Shown: in pieces, positions 9,543-18,958 of the stretch
How positions within the stretch are numbered: position 1 is the stretch's first letter
Layout: every line of letters begins with the position of its first letter
NCBI GenBank assembly: GCA_046590585.1
Contig: JBKJVD010000043.1
Coordinates: 1-47,257 of the forward strand
Direction of reading: 5' to 3'
DNA length: 47,257 bases
Source of the DNA: Thermoanaerobaculia bacterium
GTDB taxonomy: Bacteria > Acidobacteriota > Thermoanaerobaculia > Gp7-AA8
Position numbers and translations under genes: made by a program
Notes under the pieces: generated by a model
Database searches by the model: none
The model's input: only the letters and a program-made list of their open reading frames with translations
What the model was told of the DNA's origin: nothing

Positions 9543-11750
9543 TTGAAACAGATCGCCATCGCGCTCGCTGCCATCCTCGCCGCCGCCTGTGTTTCGACGC
9601 CTCCCGCTCCGGTTCCGGGACCAGGGCCGTCGTCGACCCCGATGCCCGGGCCGGTTTCGCGGCGCGGGATGACCCCTCTAGCGTCTGCGCCGCGCGGAAT
9701 CGTTGAGCCTCGAATCCGCGTCGGCCTGCTGAGCGATCAGCCCAGCGTCGAGTTTCCCCGCACGCCCCAGGGGTACATTCTGGTCGCTGACGCCGGCCCG
9801 GTCATGTTGCGTCGCGGGTTCACCGTCGAAGCACCACTGGCAAATGCCGTCGTGAGGTATGCCGTCCAGGCAGGCGCAATCTCGGACCTTCCGAGCGCAA
9901 CGACGTTCGTGGAAAAAATCCGCACCGGGACCGGTCAGCGGGTCGATCGCGTGTTCGACCCGGCGAATGGGTTGTACCGGATTCTGGTCGGCGAGTTCGC
10001 CGATTCGCAGTCCGCCAACCCTCTCCGGGATCAACTGGTCACAAGCGGCTACGGAAAGGACATGCTCGTCGTCCGCCGCCCTTCGGATGATCGTTTCGAA
10101 AAGGTCATCAAGCTCACCGATGATGAAGGGGACTCGCACACCGTTCGAGGTGAATCGCTCCTCGTGATGCCCGCCGCGGGCGACACATTGATGCTCGACA
10201 ACAAGCAGTACCGGACGGCGGGACGTCTCTTCGTGAACGCGCGTGGCCTGCTCAATGTCATCAACGAATTGAATTTCGAGGACTACCTTCTCGGCGTGGT
10301 CCCGGCAGAGATGGGACCGAAAATCTACGATGAACTGGAGGCGTTGAAAGCGCAGGCGATCGCGGCTCGAACGTATGCGGTCCGCAACATGGGCCAGTTC
10401 CAGGCGGAAGGCTTCGACATCTGCCCTGGCCCCGCATGCCAGGCCTACAAGGGCTACTCCGGTGAAGAGGAGTTGAGCAATCGCGCGGTGCGCGAGACGG
10501 CAGGACAGATTCTGACCTTCGAAGGCAAGCCGATCGATGCGCTCTACACCGCCACATGCGGCGGCGAGACGAGCGACGTCGGCACGATGTTCCCGGGACG
10601 GAACGAGCCCTACCTCCGTCGCTCACGCTGCATCGAACTGGAACTCGTGTCGGTGCAGGGACGCGAAGATAGTCCGTTGCTGAGCGAGGTGCAGATGCAG
10701 GCGCGCGTCTTCGCCGCCATTGCGGGACTCGAGAACGGGAGTGCGTGGACGGCTCGCGAGGCCGGCGCCGCAGTCGATGCCGTGCTCCGGCTGACCGGTG
10801 CGCCACCAGCGACGACGCGTCCGCGTTCGAGCCGGCGCCGCGATGTCCTCGAATTTCTTTCCGCAGCACTTCGGCTGGACCAGAAGGCCAGAGCTCTGAT
10901 GCTGCCCGAAGACCGCGGATATTTCTTTCCGGCGCGCAGCGATCGCGAGGCCACCGCTTCTGCGGCGGCGGGACTGCTGATCAAGTACGGCCTCGTTCCG
11001 GCGCAGGCGATCGACCGTGTCGACCTCGACGCCGCGATGCCGCGGGAAGAACTGCACGCGCTGCTTCTTTCGTGGTTGCGGGAGCATGCGTCGCTTTCCG
11101 AAGCCACTGGCAAGATCGTCTCGGTCACCGGCCGCCGCCTGATGCTCAAGGCAGAGGGAAAGAGCACCACCTATCAGTTGCCAGCCGGCATTCCCGTATT
11201 TCGACGCGTGGCGGATCGCTACCAGGAGATGACGAGCGTGCCAGTCATGATCGGCGATCGCGCCTCACTCCTGCAGGCGCGCGGCGCGTCGGCTGCACTG
11301 ATCGTTCAGGCAAACGTGGATGGAGCTTCGTTCGACCGTACGTCGAGTTTTGCCAACTGGACGCGCAGCTACCGCGCTGATGATCTGGTGACGTCGATCA
11401 ACCGGCGCAATCCGATCCAGCAGCTGGTCGATCTCCGGCCCATCACCATCGACGCCTCGCAACGGGTCGCCGAGATGGAGGTCACCGCAGAAGGAGGACG
11501 GAAGTTCATCCTTCGCGGCCTGCCCGTGCGCTGGTCCCTGAATGTGCCAGACAATCTTTTCGTATTCGACAAGACGCGGGATGCCGATGGAGTCGACCGC
11601 TACACGTTCTTCGGAAAGGGCTGGGGACATGGAACCGGCTTCTGTCAGGTAGGAGCGTACGGAATGGCCTTCCGCGGATGGAACGCTGAGCGAATCCTGA
11701 AGAACTTTTACGCAGGAGTGGAACTGGTGCAGGCGTCCACGGTGAAGTGA
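9543..11750 (+). CDS. SpoIID/LytB-domain lipoprotein with SPOR-like domain (lytic transglycosylase family)
   Basis: Lipobox LAAAC. SPOR-like YAVQAGA...YRILVGEF. SpoIID EDYLLGVVPAEM..EALKAQAIAARTYA, CQAY, GWGHGTGFCQVGA. Confidence 0.9.
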   Translation: MKQIAIALAAILAAACVSTPPAPVPGPGPSSTPMPGPVSRRGMTPLASAPRGIVEPRIRVGLLSDQPSVEFPRTPQGYILVADAGPVMLRRGFTVEAPLANAVVRYAVQAGAISDLPSATTFVEKIRTGTGQRVDRVFDPANGLYRILVGEFADSQSANPLRDQLVTSGYGKDMLVVRRPSDDRFEKVIKLTDDEGDSHTVRGESLLVMPAAGDTLMLDNKQYRTAGRLFVNARGLLNVINELNFEDYLLGVVPAEMGPKIYDELEALKAQAIAARTYAVRNMGQFQAEGFDICPGPACQAYKGYSGEEELSNRAVRETAGQILTFEGKPIDALYTATCGGETSDVGTMFPGRNEPYLRRSRCIELELVSVQGREDSPLLSEVQMQARVFAAIAGLENGSAWTAREAGAAVDAVLRLTGAPPATTRPRSSRRRDVLEFLSAALRLDQKARALMLPEDRGYFFPARSDREATASAAAGLLIKYGLVPAQAIDRVDLDAAMPREELHALLLSWLREHASLSEATGKIVSVTGRRLMLKAEGKSTTYQLPAGIPVFRRVADRYQEMTSVPVMIGDRASLLQARGASAALIVQANVDGASFDRTSSFANWTRSYRADDLVTSINRRNPIQQLVDLRPITIDASQRVAEMEVTAEGGRKFILRGLPVRWSLNVPDNLFVFDKTRDADGVDRYTFFGKGWGHGTGFCQVGAYGMAFRGWNAERILKNFYAGVELVQASTVK

Positions 11751-11762
11751 CGCGGTACGTCA

Positions 11763-11792
11763 AAGGCAGAAGGCAGAAGGCAGAAGGCAGAA
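11763..11792 (+). repeat. (AAGGCAG)x4 heptamer tandem repeat
   Basis: Directly visible, intergenic between convergent genes. Confidence 0.9.
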
Positions 11793-11856
11793 AGGGGTCA
11801 GACGATTCGACGTGATCTCTGATCGCTTCTCCTCGGCCCTCGTCTCTTCGTCCTCG

Positions 11857-12630
11857 TCAGACGTCGCCGGTGAGGATCAGAATCGCGGCTGCGAGGGTCA
11901 GGCGGGAGTCGATTCGGTGACGGGCCACTTCGAGCCGGTGCGGCGAGCCGGAGGATGCGCGAACAATCCGGCCCTGTGTTTCACGTCCCACGATGAAAAT
12001 CAGGTCGCCGGATCGCCCCGGGGCGAGGTCGAGCGTCAATTTGCGCAGGAGCGCCCGGCCGGCTGAGACGGGTCGAAAGCGAGCGACTTCCCGTTCCTGC
12101 GCGCTCGAGATCGTCCACCGCTCCGGGACGAAGCGACGAAGTATCGACCTTCGAACGAAACCGAGCGGCTCGCCGGCGGGAGACATCACTACCCAGAGAC
12201 CTGGAATCTTCGAGCGCTGGCGCAGGCTGAATGCCACGGCGGCGCTGGTGTCGTGAATGTTCACCGTAATGCGAGGCGCGATGAACACGACCAGTCCGAG
12301 AAACGCGAGCGTGAGGATGACGGCCGCGATGGCGCCGCCCCAGAGACTCTGACCGACGAGCAGCATCGTTACGGCCACTCCCGTAACGATGATCAGCATC
12401 GAAGCCAGCGACGCAACGAGGTCAGCGAACCCGGCAAAGTTCTTCCACGTGAACAGAACCTGCCCGTCGACTCCGCTGATGCTGCAACTCCGGCCGGCGG
12501 CCCTGCCGGTTTCTACTAGATATTCGGTTCGCGTCAGCGGCTCGGGAGGAGGCTGAGCAGGGGAGGCGTGATCAATGCGATCCGTGGGTGGCTCAGCCGA
12601 TTGTGTTTCGCGCGTCAGTCCGCTTTTTTT
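11857..12630 (-). CDS. Two-TM plus LURP-one/scramblase-like domain ORF, likely the C-terminal part of the FHA gene via a frameshift
   Basis: The frame is open from 12630 (inside the A9 run), with 77 codons lacking ATG/GTG/TTG before ATG 12399. Two hydrophobic helices, then a LOR-like pattern ending IDSRLTLAAAILIL. Confidence 0.65.
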   Translation of the reverse strand, partial: KKSGLTRETQSAEPPTDRIDHASPAQPPPEPLTRTEYLVETGRAAGRSCSISGVDGQVLFTWKNFAGFADLVASLASMLIIVTGVAVTMLLVGQSLWGGAIAAVILTLAFLGLVVFIAPRITVNIHDTSAAVAFSLRQRSKIPGLWVVMSPAGEPLGFVRRSILRRFVPERWTISSAQEREVARFRPVSAGRALLRKLTLDLAPGRSGDLIFIVGRETQGRIVRASSGSPHRLEVARHRIDSRLTLAAAILILTGDV

Positions 12631-13070
12631 TTAACGTCGTCGACGGAGATTTTCTGGTGGGGCAGCGTCGAGAGGGGAGGATGCTCGTGATAGGCGGTCG
12701 CCATGACCCCGAAGCCGCTGTCGGCGTTCATCGGCGATGCGTTTTCGCGGGCCGGAAACGGATCGTCGCTCTCCGTGGGAAGTTCCTCGGAAAAGCGGCC
12801 GTAGGAGTTCCCGATCCGCAATTGGGCGCCATGAGTCAGCGGCGCCACCCGAACCTTCTTGCCGTTCACGAACGTGCCGTTGGCGCTGGCGAGATCGTGC
12901 AGCACGAAAAAGCCGCGCTCGAAGACGATCTCGGCATGATGCCGGGATGCTTTCGGATCGCGGAGAATGATGTCGTTTCCCGGGTCTCGGCCGACAGTGA
13001 ACGGGCGATGCGTTTGAAGGCGGTAAGCCTTCTCCGTCCCATCGAGTCCGACGAAGTAAATCTTCGCCAT
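12615..13070 (-). CDS. FHA-domain protein
   Basis: FTVGRDPGNDI..DPKASRHHA..LHDLASANGTFVNG has the conserved GR, SxxH and NG residues of the pThr-binding site. Confidence 0.92.
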   Translation of the reverse strand: MAKIYFVGLDGTEKAYRLQTHRPFTVGRDPGNDIILRDPKASRHHAEIVFERGFFVLHDLASANGTFVNGKKVRVAPLTHGAQLRIGNSYGRFSEELPTESDDPFPARENASPMNADSGFGVMATAYHEHPPLSTLPHQKISVDDVKKKAD

Positions 13071-13092
13071 TGCGCTGATTGTACAGCAGTTC

Positions 13093-13458
13093 TCAGCCGA
13101 GGCCGGCAAGGCCGGGATGTTCGATCTGGTGGACGACCTCGTCGAGTGAGACAGGTTTCGTCAGCCAGACCTTGATCCGGTCGTCCAGAACCTCGTCTTC
13201 GGGCCGGGTCTGGCCGCTGATCACGATCACATGCACTGGAGTTGAAGAGTCGACGTGTTCGAGGACCTCTCCTCCGCTCATGAGCGGCATCATCCAGTCG
13301 AGAAGGACCACGTCGGGACGCTCGCAGCGGATGCGCTCGATTGCTTCCGCCCCGTTCGCTGCAAGCTTCACCTCGAATCCACGCTGGTTGAGGCCGATGG
13401 CGTAGAGCCGCCGGATTTCCGGATCATCTTCCACAACCAGTATCTTTGCCTTCGGCAT
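13093..13458 (-). CDS. Single-domain response regulator (receiver)
   Basis: KILVVEDD, PDVVLLDWMMP, ISG, KP. Confidence 0.9.
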   Translation of the reverse strand: MPKAKILVVEDDPEIRRLYAIGLNQRGFEVKLAANGAEAIERIRCERPDVVLLDWMMPLMSGGEVLEHVDSSTPVHVIVISGQTRPEDEVLDDRIKVWLTKPVSLDEVVHQIEHPGLAGLG

Positions 13459-13588
13459 CCAGGTCCGACTGGCTGCAGTTTTCGTGCAAGTGCGGGGAGC
13501 ACGGCCGCGTGGGCGCAGAGAGCTGAGCATGCTATCCTCCCGCAGCCGCACCGACCGGGCGGCCAGATTCCAGTGAATGAGAGAGTCC

Positions 13589-14125
13589 ATGAACGTCAAA
13601 AAACGTCTGCTTGATGCTGCCCGGATGAATCGTGCAATCCGTCGTATGGCGATCGAAATCGTCGAACGCAATCGCGGGATCGACGACCTGATGATCGTCG
13701 GGATCCGCAGCCGGGGAGTTCCGATCGGGGAGCGTCTGGTGAAAGAGATCGAGGAACTGGAAGGGAAGGCCGTTCCGTTCGGCATCCTGGACATCACACT
13801 CTATCGCGATGACCTCACCACGATTGCACCGCAGCCGGTCGTGAAACCGACTAAGCTGCCCGAGCCGATCGACGACAAGATCGTCGTGCTGGTAGACGAC
13901 GTGCTCTACACGGGACGGACCGTCCGCGCGGCGCTCGACGCGCTCATCGACTTCGGTCGTCCAAAGGCGGTGCAACTGGCCGTTCTCATCGACCGGGGAC
14001 ATCGCGAACTGCCGATTCACGCCGATGTGGTGGGCAAGACCGTGCCGACGGATGCGGATGAAGTCATCAAGGTCAAACTGGCCGAGACCGATGGAGAAGA
14101 TGAAGTTCTCATCATGGAGCGCTGA
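13589..14125 (+). CDS. pyrR: Pyrimidine regulatory protein / uracil PRTase PyrR
   Basis: [38 protein letters not shown]. Alternative start at 13577. Confidence 0.96.
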   Translation: MNVKKRLLDAARMNRAIRRMAIEIVERNRGIDDLMIVGIRSRGVPIGERLVKEIEELEGKAVPFGILDITLYRDDLTTIAPQPVVKPTKLPEPIDDKIVVLVDDVLYTGRTVRAALDALIDFGRPKAVQLAVLIDRGHRELPIHADVVGKTVPTDADEVIKVKLAETDGEDEVLIMER

Positions 14126-14176
14126 CCCGGGCAGTTGCCCACAAACGCCACGAGCGAAGGACCACCCCCAGGAAGC

Positions 14177-15121
14177 ATGCGAACTCAGAACTCCGCGCTC
14201 CGTTCAAAAGACCTGCTCGGCATCGAGCAACTGAGCCCCGAAGAAATCTCGCTGATCCTCGATACCGCGGAAGGCTTCAAGGAAGTGAGCGAGCGCCCGG
14301 TAAAGAAAGTCCCGGCGCTGCGCGGCCAGCTGGTCATCAATCTTTTCATGGAGGCCTCGACCCGGACCCGCGTCTCCTTCGAGATCGCTGAAAAGCGCCT
14401 GTCGGCAGACACGCTCAGCTTCTCCGCCTCCGGATCGTCGGTCGAAAAGGGCGAGACTCTCATCGACACTGCCGAGAATCTGATGGCGATGCAGCCGAAC
14501 ATGATAGTGATCCGCCACAAGCATCCAGGCTCGGCCAAGATGCTTGCTGAGCGCCTCCCCGCATCGATCATCAACGCCGGCGACGGCCCGCATGAACATC
14601 CCACCCAGGCACTCCTCGATGCCTTCACGATCCGGGAGCGTCTCGGCCGACTGCAGGGGGTCAACGTCTCGATCATCGGAGACATCGCTCACTCGCGCGT
14701 GGTGCGGTCGAATATCCACCTGCTGACGAAGATGAAGGCCAATGTCACGATCGCGGCGCCGCCGACACTCATGCCCGCCGAGGTCGAAAAGATGGGCGTG
14801 CGCGTGGTGCATTCTCTCGACCAGGCGCTCGAGGGCGCCGACGTCGTGATGATGCTGCGCATCCAGCTCGAGAGGCAGGGAAAGCTGAGCTTCCCGTCGC
14901 TGCGCGAGTACTACAACACGTTCGGCCTGACCCCGGAGCGGCTGAAGCGCGCGAAGGAAGGGGCGATCGTGATGCATCCCGGGCCGATGAATCGCGGCGT
15001 CGAGATCGCTTCCGATGTAGCCGATGGACCTGACTCAGTGATCCTGGACCAGGTGACGAATGGCGTAGCCGTGCGGATGGCAGTCCTGTATCTGCTCGGC
15101 GGCGCGCATCTCGCGGAGTAA
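14177..15121 (+). CDS. pyrB: Aspartate carbamoyltransferase catalytic subunit
   Basis: [39 protein letters not shown]. Confidence 0.97.
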   Translation: MRTQNSALRSKDLLGIEQLSPEEISLILDTAEGFKEVSERPVKKVPALRGQLVINLFMEASTRTRVSFEIAEKRLSADTLSFSASGSSVEKGETLIDTAENLMAMQPNMIVIRHKHPGSAKMLAERLPASIINAGDGPHEHPTQALLDAFTIRERLGRLQGVNVSIIGDIAHSRVVRSNIHLLTKMKANVTIAAPPTLMPAEVEKMGVRVVHSLDQALEGADVVMMLRIQLERQGKLSFPSLREYYNTFGLTPERLKRAKEGAIVMHPGPMNRGVEIASDVADGPDSVILDQVTNGVAVRMAVLYLLGGAHLAE

Positions 15122-15136
15122 CGGAACTCTACGGAT

Positions 15137-16477
15137 ATGAACCTGCTCATCACGAACGGACGGGTCATCGACCCGGGCCAGAAACTGGATGCGAAACTCG
15201 ATGTCCTGATCGAGAACGGTATCGTCACGAGGGTCGACAGGAAGATCCGCGCTGATGTCGCGACGATCGATGCGTCCGGCCTCGTCGTCTCACCAGGGTT
15301 CATCGACCTGCACACGCACCTTCGCGAGCCGGGCCAGGAACACAAGGAAACCATTGCCTCCGGAACCAGGGCCGCTGTAGCGGGTGGTTATACCGCGGTA
15401 TGTGCCATGGCCAACACCGTCCCGCCGAACGACGAGCGCGCCGTCACGGAAATGATGGTCGCCGAGGCCGCCCGCAACGGATCGTGCAGGGTCTATCCGG
15501 TCGGTGCGGTGAGCAAGGGGCTGAAGGGCGAGGCGCTCGCCGAGCTGGCCGACCTGCGCGCAGGGGGCTGTGTCGCGGTCAGTGATGACGGTCACCCCAT
15601 CGCCAATGCCCAGCTCATGCGGCGAGCTCTCGAGTACTGCTCCATGCTCGGGATTCCGGTCATCGCCCATGAGGAGAATTCCGACCTGAACGAAGGCGGA
15701 GTGATGCACGAGGGACTCGTCTCCACGATCCTCGGCATGAGCGGCATTCCTGCCGCGTCGGAAGAGACGCTGGTCGCACGCGACGTCATTCTGGCGCGGA
15801 TGACCGGCGGCCACGTTCACATCGCTCATCTGTCGACGGCCGGTGCGGTCGACCTGGTTCGTTCGGCGCGGGCCGCAGGCACACGGGTGACGTGCGAGGT
15901 CACGCCGCATCACATCGCGCTCACGGACGAAGCGGTGAGGTCATTCTCGACGAACCTCAAGATGAATCCGCCGCTGCGATCCTCGATGCACCGCGATGCC
16001 GTGATCGAAGGCATTGCCGACGGCACGATCGACGCCATTGCCACGGACCACGCTCCGCATCATTTCGATGAGAAGAATGTCGAATTCGACCTCGCGCCTT
16101 TCGGCGTGATCGGCCTCGAGACGGCATTCGCGATCTGTTACGACCGCCTGGTTCGCACGGGCGTGATCGGGTTATCGCGATTGATCGAGCTCCTTTCCAC
16201 CGGTCCGGCGCGCGTCTTCAACCTTCCCGGTGGCTCGCTGGCCCCGGGAAGTCTCGGCGACGTGACCATCCTCGACCTCGAGGCCAGCCTGAAGGTGACG
16301 AAGACGTTTGTTTCGAAAGCCTCCAACTCACCCTTTCTCGGTGAAGAACTTCGGGGCCGGGTCGTGAAGACGATCGTCGGCGGGGTGCTGCGTTTCGAAC
16401 TTCCGGAACCCGGCGGGAAGGCGAAGAAGCAGACTCCCGTGACCGCAACCGGGTCGAAAAAGCGCGGACGCCGATGA
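15137..16477 (+). CDS. pyrC: Dihydroorotase (type I)
   Basis: PGFIDLHTHLREPG, CEVTPHH, KMNPPLR, ATDHAPH. Confidence 0.96.
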   Translation: MNLLITNGRVIDPGQKLDAKLDVLIENGIVTRVDRKIRADVATIDASGLVVSPGFIDLHTHLREPGQEHKETIASGTRAAVAGGYTAVCAMANTVPPNDERAVTEMMVAEAARNGSCRVYPVGAVSKGLKGEALAELADLRAGGCVAVSDDGHPIANAQLMRRALEYCSMLGIPVIAHEENSDLNEGGVMHEGLVSTILGMSGIPAASEETLVARDVILARMTGGHVHIAHLSTAGAVDLVRSARAAGTRVTCEVTPHHIALTDEAVRSFSTNLKMNPPLRSSMHRDAVIEGIADGTIDAIATDHAPHHFDEKNVEFDLAPFGVIGLETAFAICYDRLVRTGVIGLSRLIELLSTGPARVFNLPGGSLAPGSLGDVTILDLEASLKVTKTFVSKASNSPFLGEELRGRVVKTIVGGVLRFELPEPGGKAKKQTPVTATGSKKRGRR

Positions 16478-16872
16478 ACGAAGCTCCAGCCAGAAAAACC
16501 AAGCGGGTCGTGATCGTCGATGACTCTCCGGCGTTCTGCGACCTCTGGTCGAACTTCATGGCCGAACGCTACTCGGAGGTCGCCCGCGTGGAGACCTACA
16601 GCCATCCTTACGATGCGCTGCCCAAAATCGATGAATCGATCGACCTGCTGATCGTCGACCTGGAGATGCCGGGCATGGATGGCAAGAAGTTCGTCGATTA
16701 CGCCCGTCAGAAGGGCCTCTCGCCGCGCCGGATCATCGTGACCTCTTCGCATTCGGCCGACGAACTCCATCAGCGGTTTCGCATCGGTGAAACGATCGCG
16801 GTCATCAACAAGACCGAGGCCCGGCAGCAGGAAGCCTTTCTCATGATTCTCGACTCCGTGATGCGGCGATGA
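16474..16872 (+). CDS. Single-domain response regulator
   Basis: VVIVDDS, DLLIVDLEMPGMDG. ATGA overlap with pyrC. Confidence 0.85.
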   Translation: MNEAPARKTKRVVIVDDSPAFCDLWSNFMAERYSEVARVETYSHPYDALPKIDESIDLLIVDLEMPGMDGKKFVDYARQKGLSPRRIIVTSSHSADELHQRFRIGETIAVINKTEARQQEAFLMILDSVMRR

Positions 16873-16956
16873 GCAGGTGGCGGCTGCAGGAAGATATCCC
16901 CGGCCCGTTCGCCGTTCACCAACAACGGGATCCGAATCTCTATAATCGATTCTGAA

Positions 16957-18426
16957 ATGACAGTTCCGAACCAGGCCGCCCCACCCACGACGCCCTCCTC
17001 CAGCGTCGCATTGAACGACCTGCTCGTGTACATGGCGAAGCAGCAGGCGTCCGACCTGCATCTCAAACCGATGCGGCCGCCACTGATCCGGGTCTCGGGA
17101 AGGTTGATCCCCATTCCTGGACTCGAGCCACTCAAGCCTGCCGATCTCGAGCGGATGCTCATGCCGCTGCTGAACAAGGTGCAGCGCGAGCGATTCGACG
17201 CCATCCAGTCGGTCGACTTCGGGTACGGCGTGCCTGGTGTGGCTCGCTTCCGCGGAAACATGTACCTGCAGCGAGGGACGGTCGGAGGAGTCTTCCGGCG
17301 TATCCCGATTCAGATTCTCGGTGTCGATGCGCTCGAATTGCCAGTGGCAATTCGCGAACTGACTCAACTCCCGGATGGTCTCGTGCTCGTTACCGGTCCC
17401 ACAGGATCGGGCAAGTCGACGACATTGGCGGCGATGATCTCTGAGATCTCCGATAAGGAGCCGCTTCACGTCGTCACCATCGAGGACCCGATCGAATTTC
17501 TTTTCCAGGACCGGACGGCCGCAATCTCCCAGCGCGAAGTCGGTACCGACACCCCCTCCTTCAAGGAAGCGCTCCGCAATTCGCTCCGGCAGGATCCTGA
17601 CGTAATCATGGTCGGCGAAATGCGTGATAGCGAGACGATCGAGACGGTTCTGACGGCGGCGGAGACGGGTCACCTCGTCTACTCCACGCTGCACACGAAC
17701 AGTGCTGCCCAGACCATCGACCGGATCATTGACTCCTTCCCTCCCGAACAGCACAAGCAGGTGCGTTCCCAGCTGGCGCTCGTGCTTCGCGGAATCATCT
17801 CGCTCAAGCTCGTGAAGACGGTGGAAGGAAAGATGACGGCGGCCGTGGAGATCCTGAAGAATTCTCCCCGGATTGCCAAGCTGATCGAGGAAGGCCAGAC
17901 CAAGGACATTCACGAAGAGATGGAGGGCTCGGTCGGCCTCTATCGCATGCAGACCATGAATCAGTCGCTGGTCGCCCTGCTGGTCCACCAGAAGATTACC
18001 TACCAGGACGCGATGGGACTGGCGAGCGATCCCGACGATCTCTCGCTGAAACTGCGCAAGCTGTTCCCGCAGATCGAAGAACGCGTTCGCACCGGAGGAG
18101 AGATGGCCCCGAGTCACTCTGATTTTTCGCAGATCACGGAACTGATGGACATCAAGCGGCTGTACGAAGAGCAGGACGTGCAGTGGCACCAGCGGTTCGC
18201 CGAGAAGGAAGAAGAAGTCGAGAATCTTCGCCACGACATGGATTTCCTCCGCCAGCAGATGAATAACCAGCAGACTTCCAGGTCTCAGTTTGACGAGGAG
18301 TCGAGCCGGCTGCGCGGCGAGAACGAACGACTGCGGGCCGATGCCCAGGCGAAAATTACGCAGCTGCAGGAACGGATCAAGGAACTCAACCAGAAGTTGA
18401 TGGTCACGGCTCCGGCCAAGAAATGA
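16957..18426 (+). CDS. pilT: PilT/PilU-family type IV pilus ATPase with C-terminal coiled coil
   Basis: ASDLHL, Walker A GPTGSGKSTT, TIEDPIE, LRQDPDVIMVGEMRD, His box TGHLVYSTLH. Confidence 0.9.
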   Translation: MTVPNQAAPPTTPSSSVALNDLLVYMAKQQASDLHLKPMRPPLIRVSGRLIPIPGLEPLKPADLERMLMPLLNKVQRERFDAIQSVDFGYGVPGVARFRGNMYLQRGTVGGVFRRIPIQILGVDALELPVAIRELTQLPDGLVLVTGPTGSGKSTTLAAMISEISDKEPLHVVTIEDPIEFLFQDRTAAISQREVGTDTPSFKEALRNSLRQDPDVIMVGEMRDSETIETVLTAAETGHLVYSTLHTNSAAQTIDRIIDSFPPEQHKQVRSQLALVLRGIISLKLVKTVEGKMTAAVEILKNSPRIAKLIEEGQTKDIHEEMEGSVGLYRMQTMNQSLVALLVHQKITYQDAMGLASDPDDLSLKLRKLFPQIEERVRTGGEMAPSHSDFSQITELMDIKRLYEEQDVQWHQRFAEKEEEVENLRHDMDFLRQQMNNQQTSRSQFDEESSRLRGENERLRADAQAKITQLQERIKELNQKLMVTAPAKK

Positions 18427-18536
18427 TGGCGGTCTGGAGTTTTCGGCGGCGGTTTTTCCTTCATCGATGAACCGCTGGGGCACTGCCATCAGCAGCGCGC
18501 GCACACGACTGACTTCAGGCGAACCCGAGACCCCTC

Positions 18537-18896
18537 ATGCCCACCCAGCCATCCAGAGAACTGCAGACGTTTCCGAACTCGAATCCCGAGCGGGATTACG
18601 AGATCACCTTCGAAGCTCCTGAATTTACCTGTCTCTGCCCGATGACCGGCCAGCCGGACTTTGCCACCATCCGCATCCGGTACATTCCCGCGGCGAAGTG
18701 TGTCGAGCTCAAGTCGCTCAAGCTCTACCTCTGGTCTTTTCGCGACGAAGGCGCCTTCCATGAAGCGGTCACCAACAAGATCGCCAACGACCTCATCGCC
18801 GCAACCGATCCGCGATTCCTCGAAGTGGAAGGCGACTTCTACGTCCGCGGCGGCATCCGCACGAAGGTCAAGGTAACCCACCGGGCCGAGAGATGA
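18537..18896 (+). CDS. queF: NADPH-dependent preQ0 reductase QueF (type I)
   Basis: [30 protein letters not shown]. Confidence 0.96.
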   Translation: MPTQPSRELQTFPNSNPERDYEITFEAPEFTCLCPMTGQPDFATIRIRYIPAAKCVELKSLKLYLWSFRDEGAFHEAVTNKIANDLIAATDPRFLEVEGDFYVRGGIRTKVKVTHRAER

Positions 18897-18958
18897 GTTC
18901 TGAGGACTGAGGGTCGAGAACTGCGTCGAGACGATCCCGCTTCAGACCTGGAACTGAT

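Noticed and set aside
16138-18504. 788-aa minus-strand ORF
   Set aside because: Antisense shadow of pyrC, the receiver and pilT, with no motifs. Such ORFs are typical of GC-rich coding DNA.
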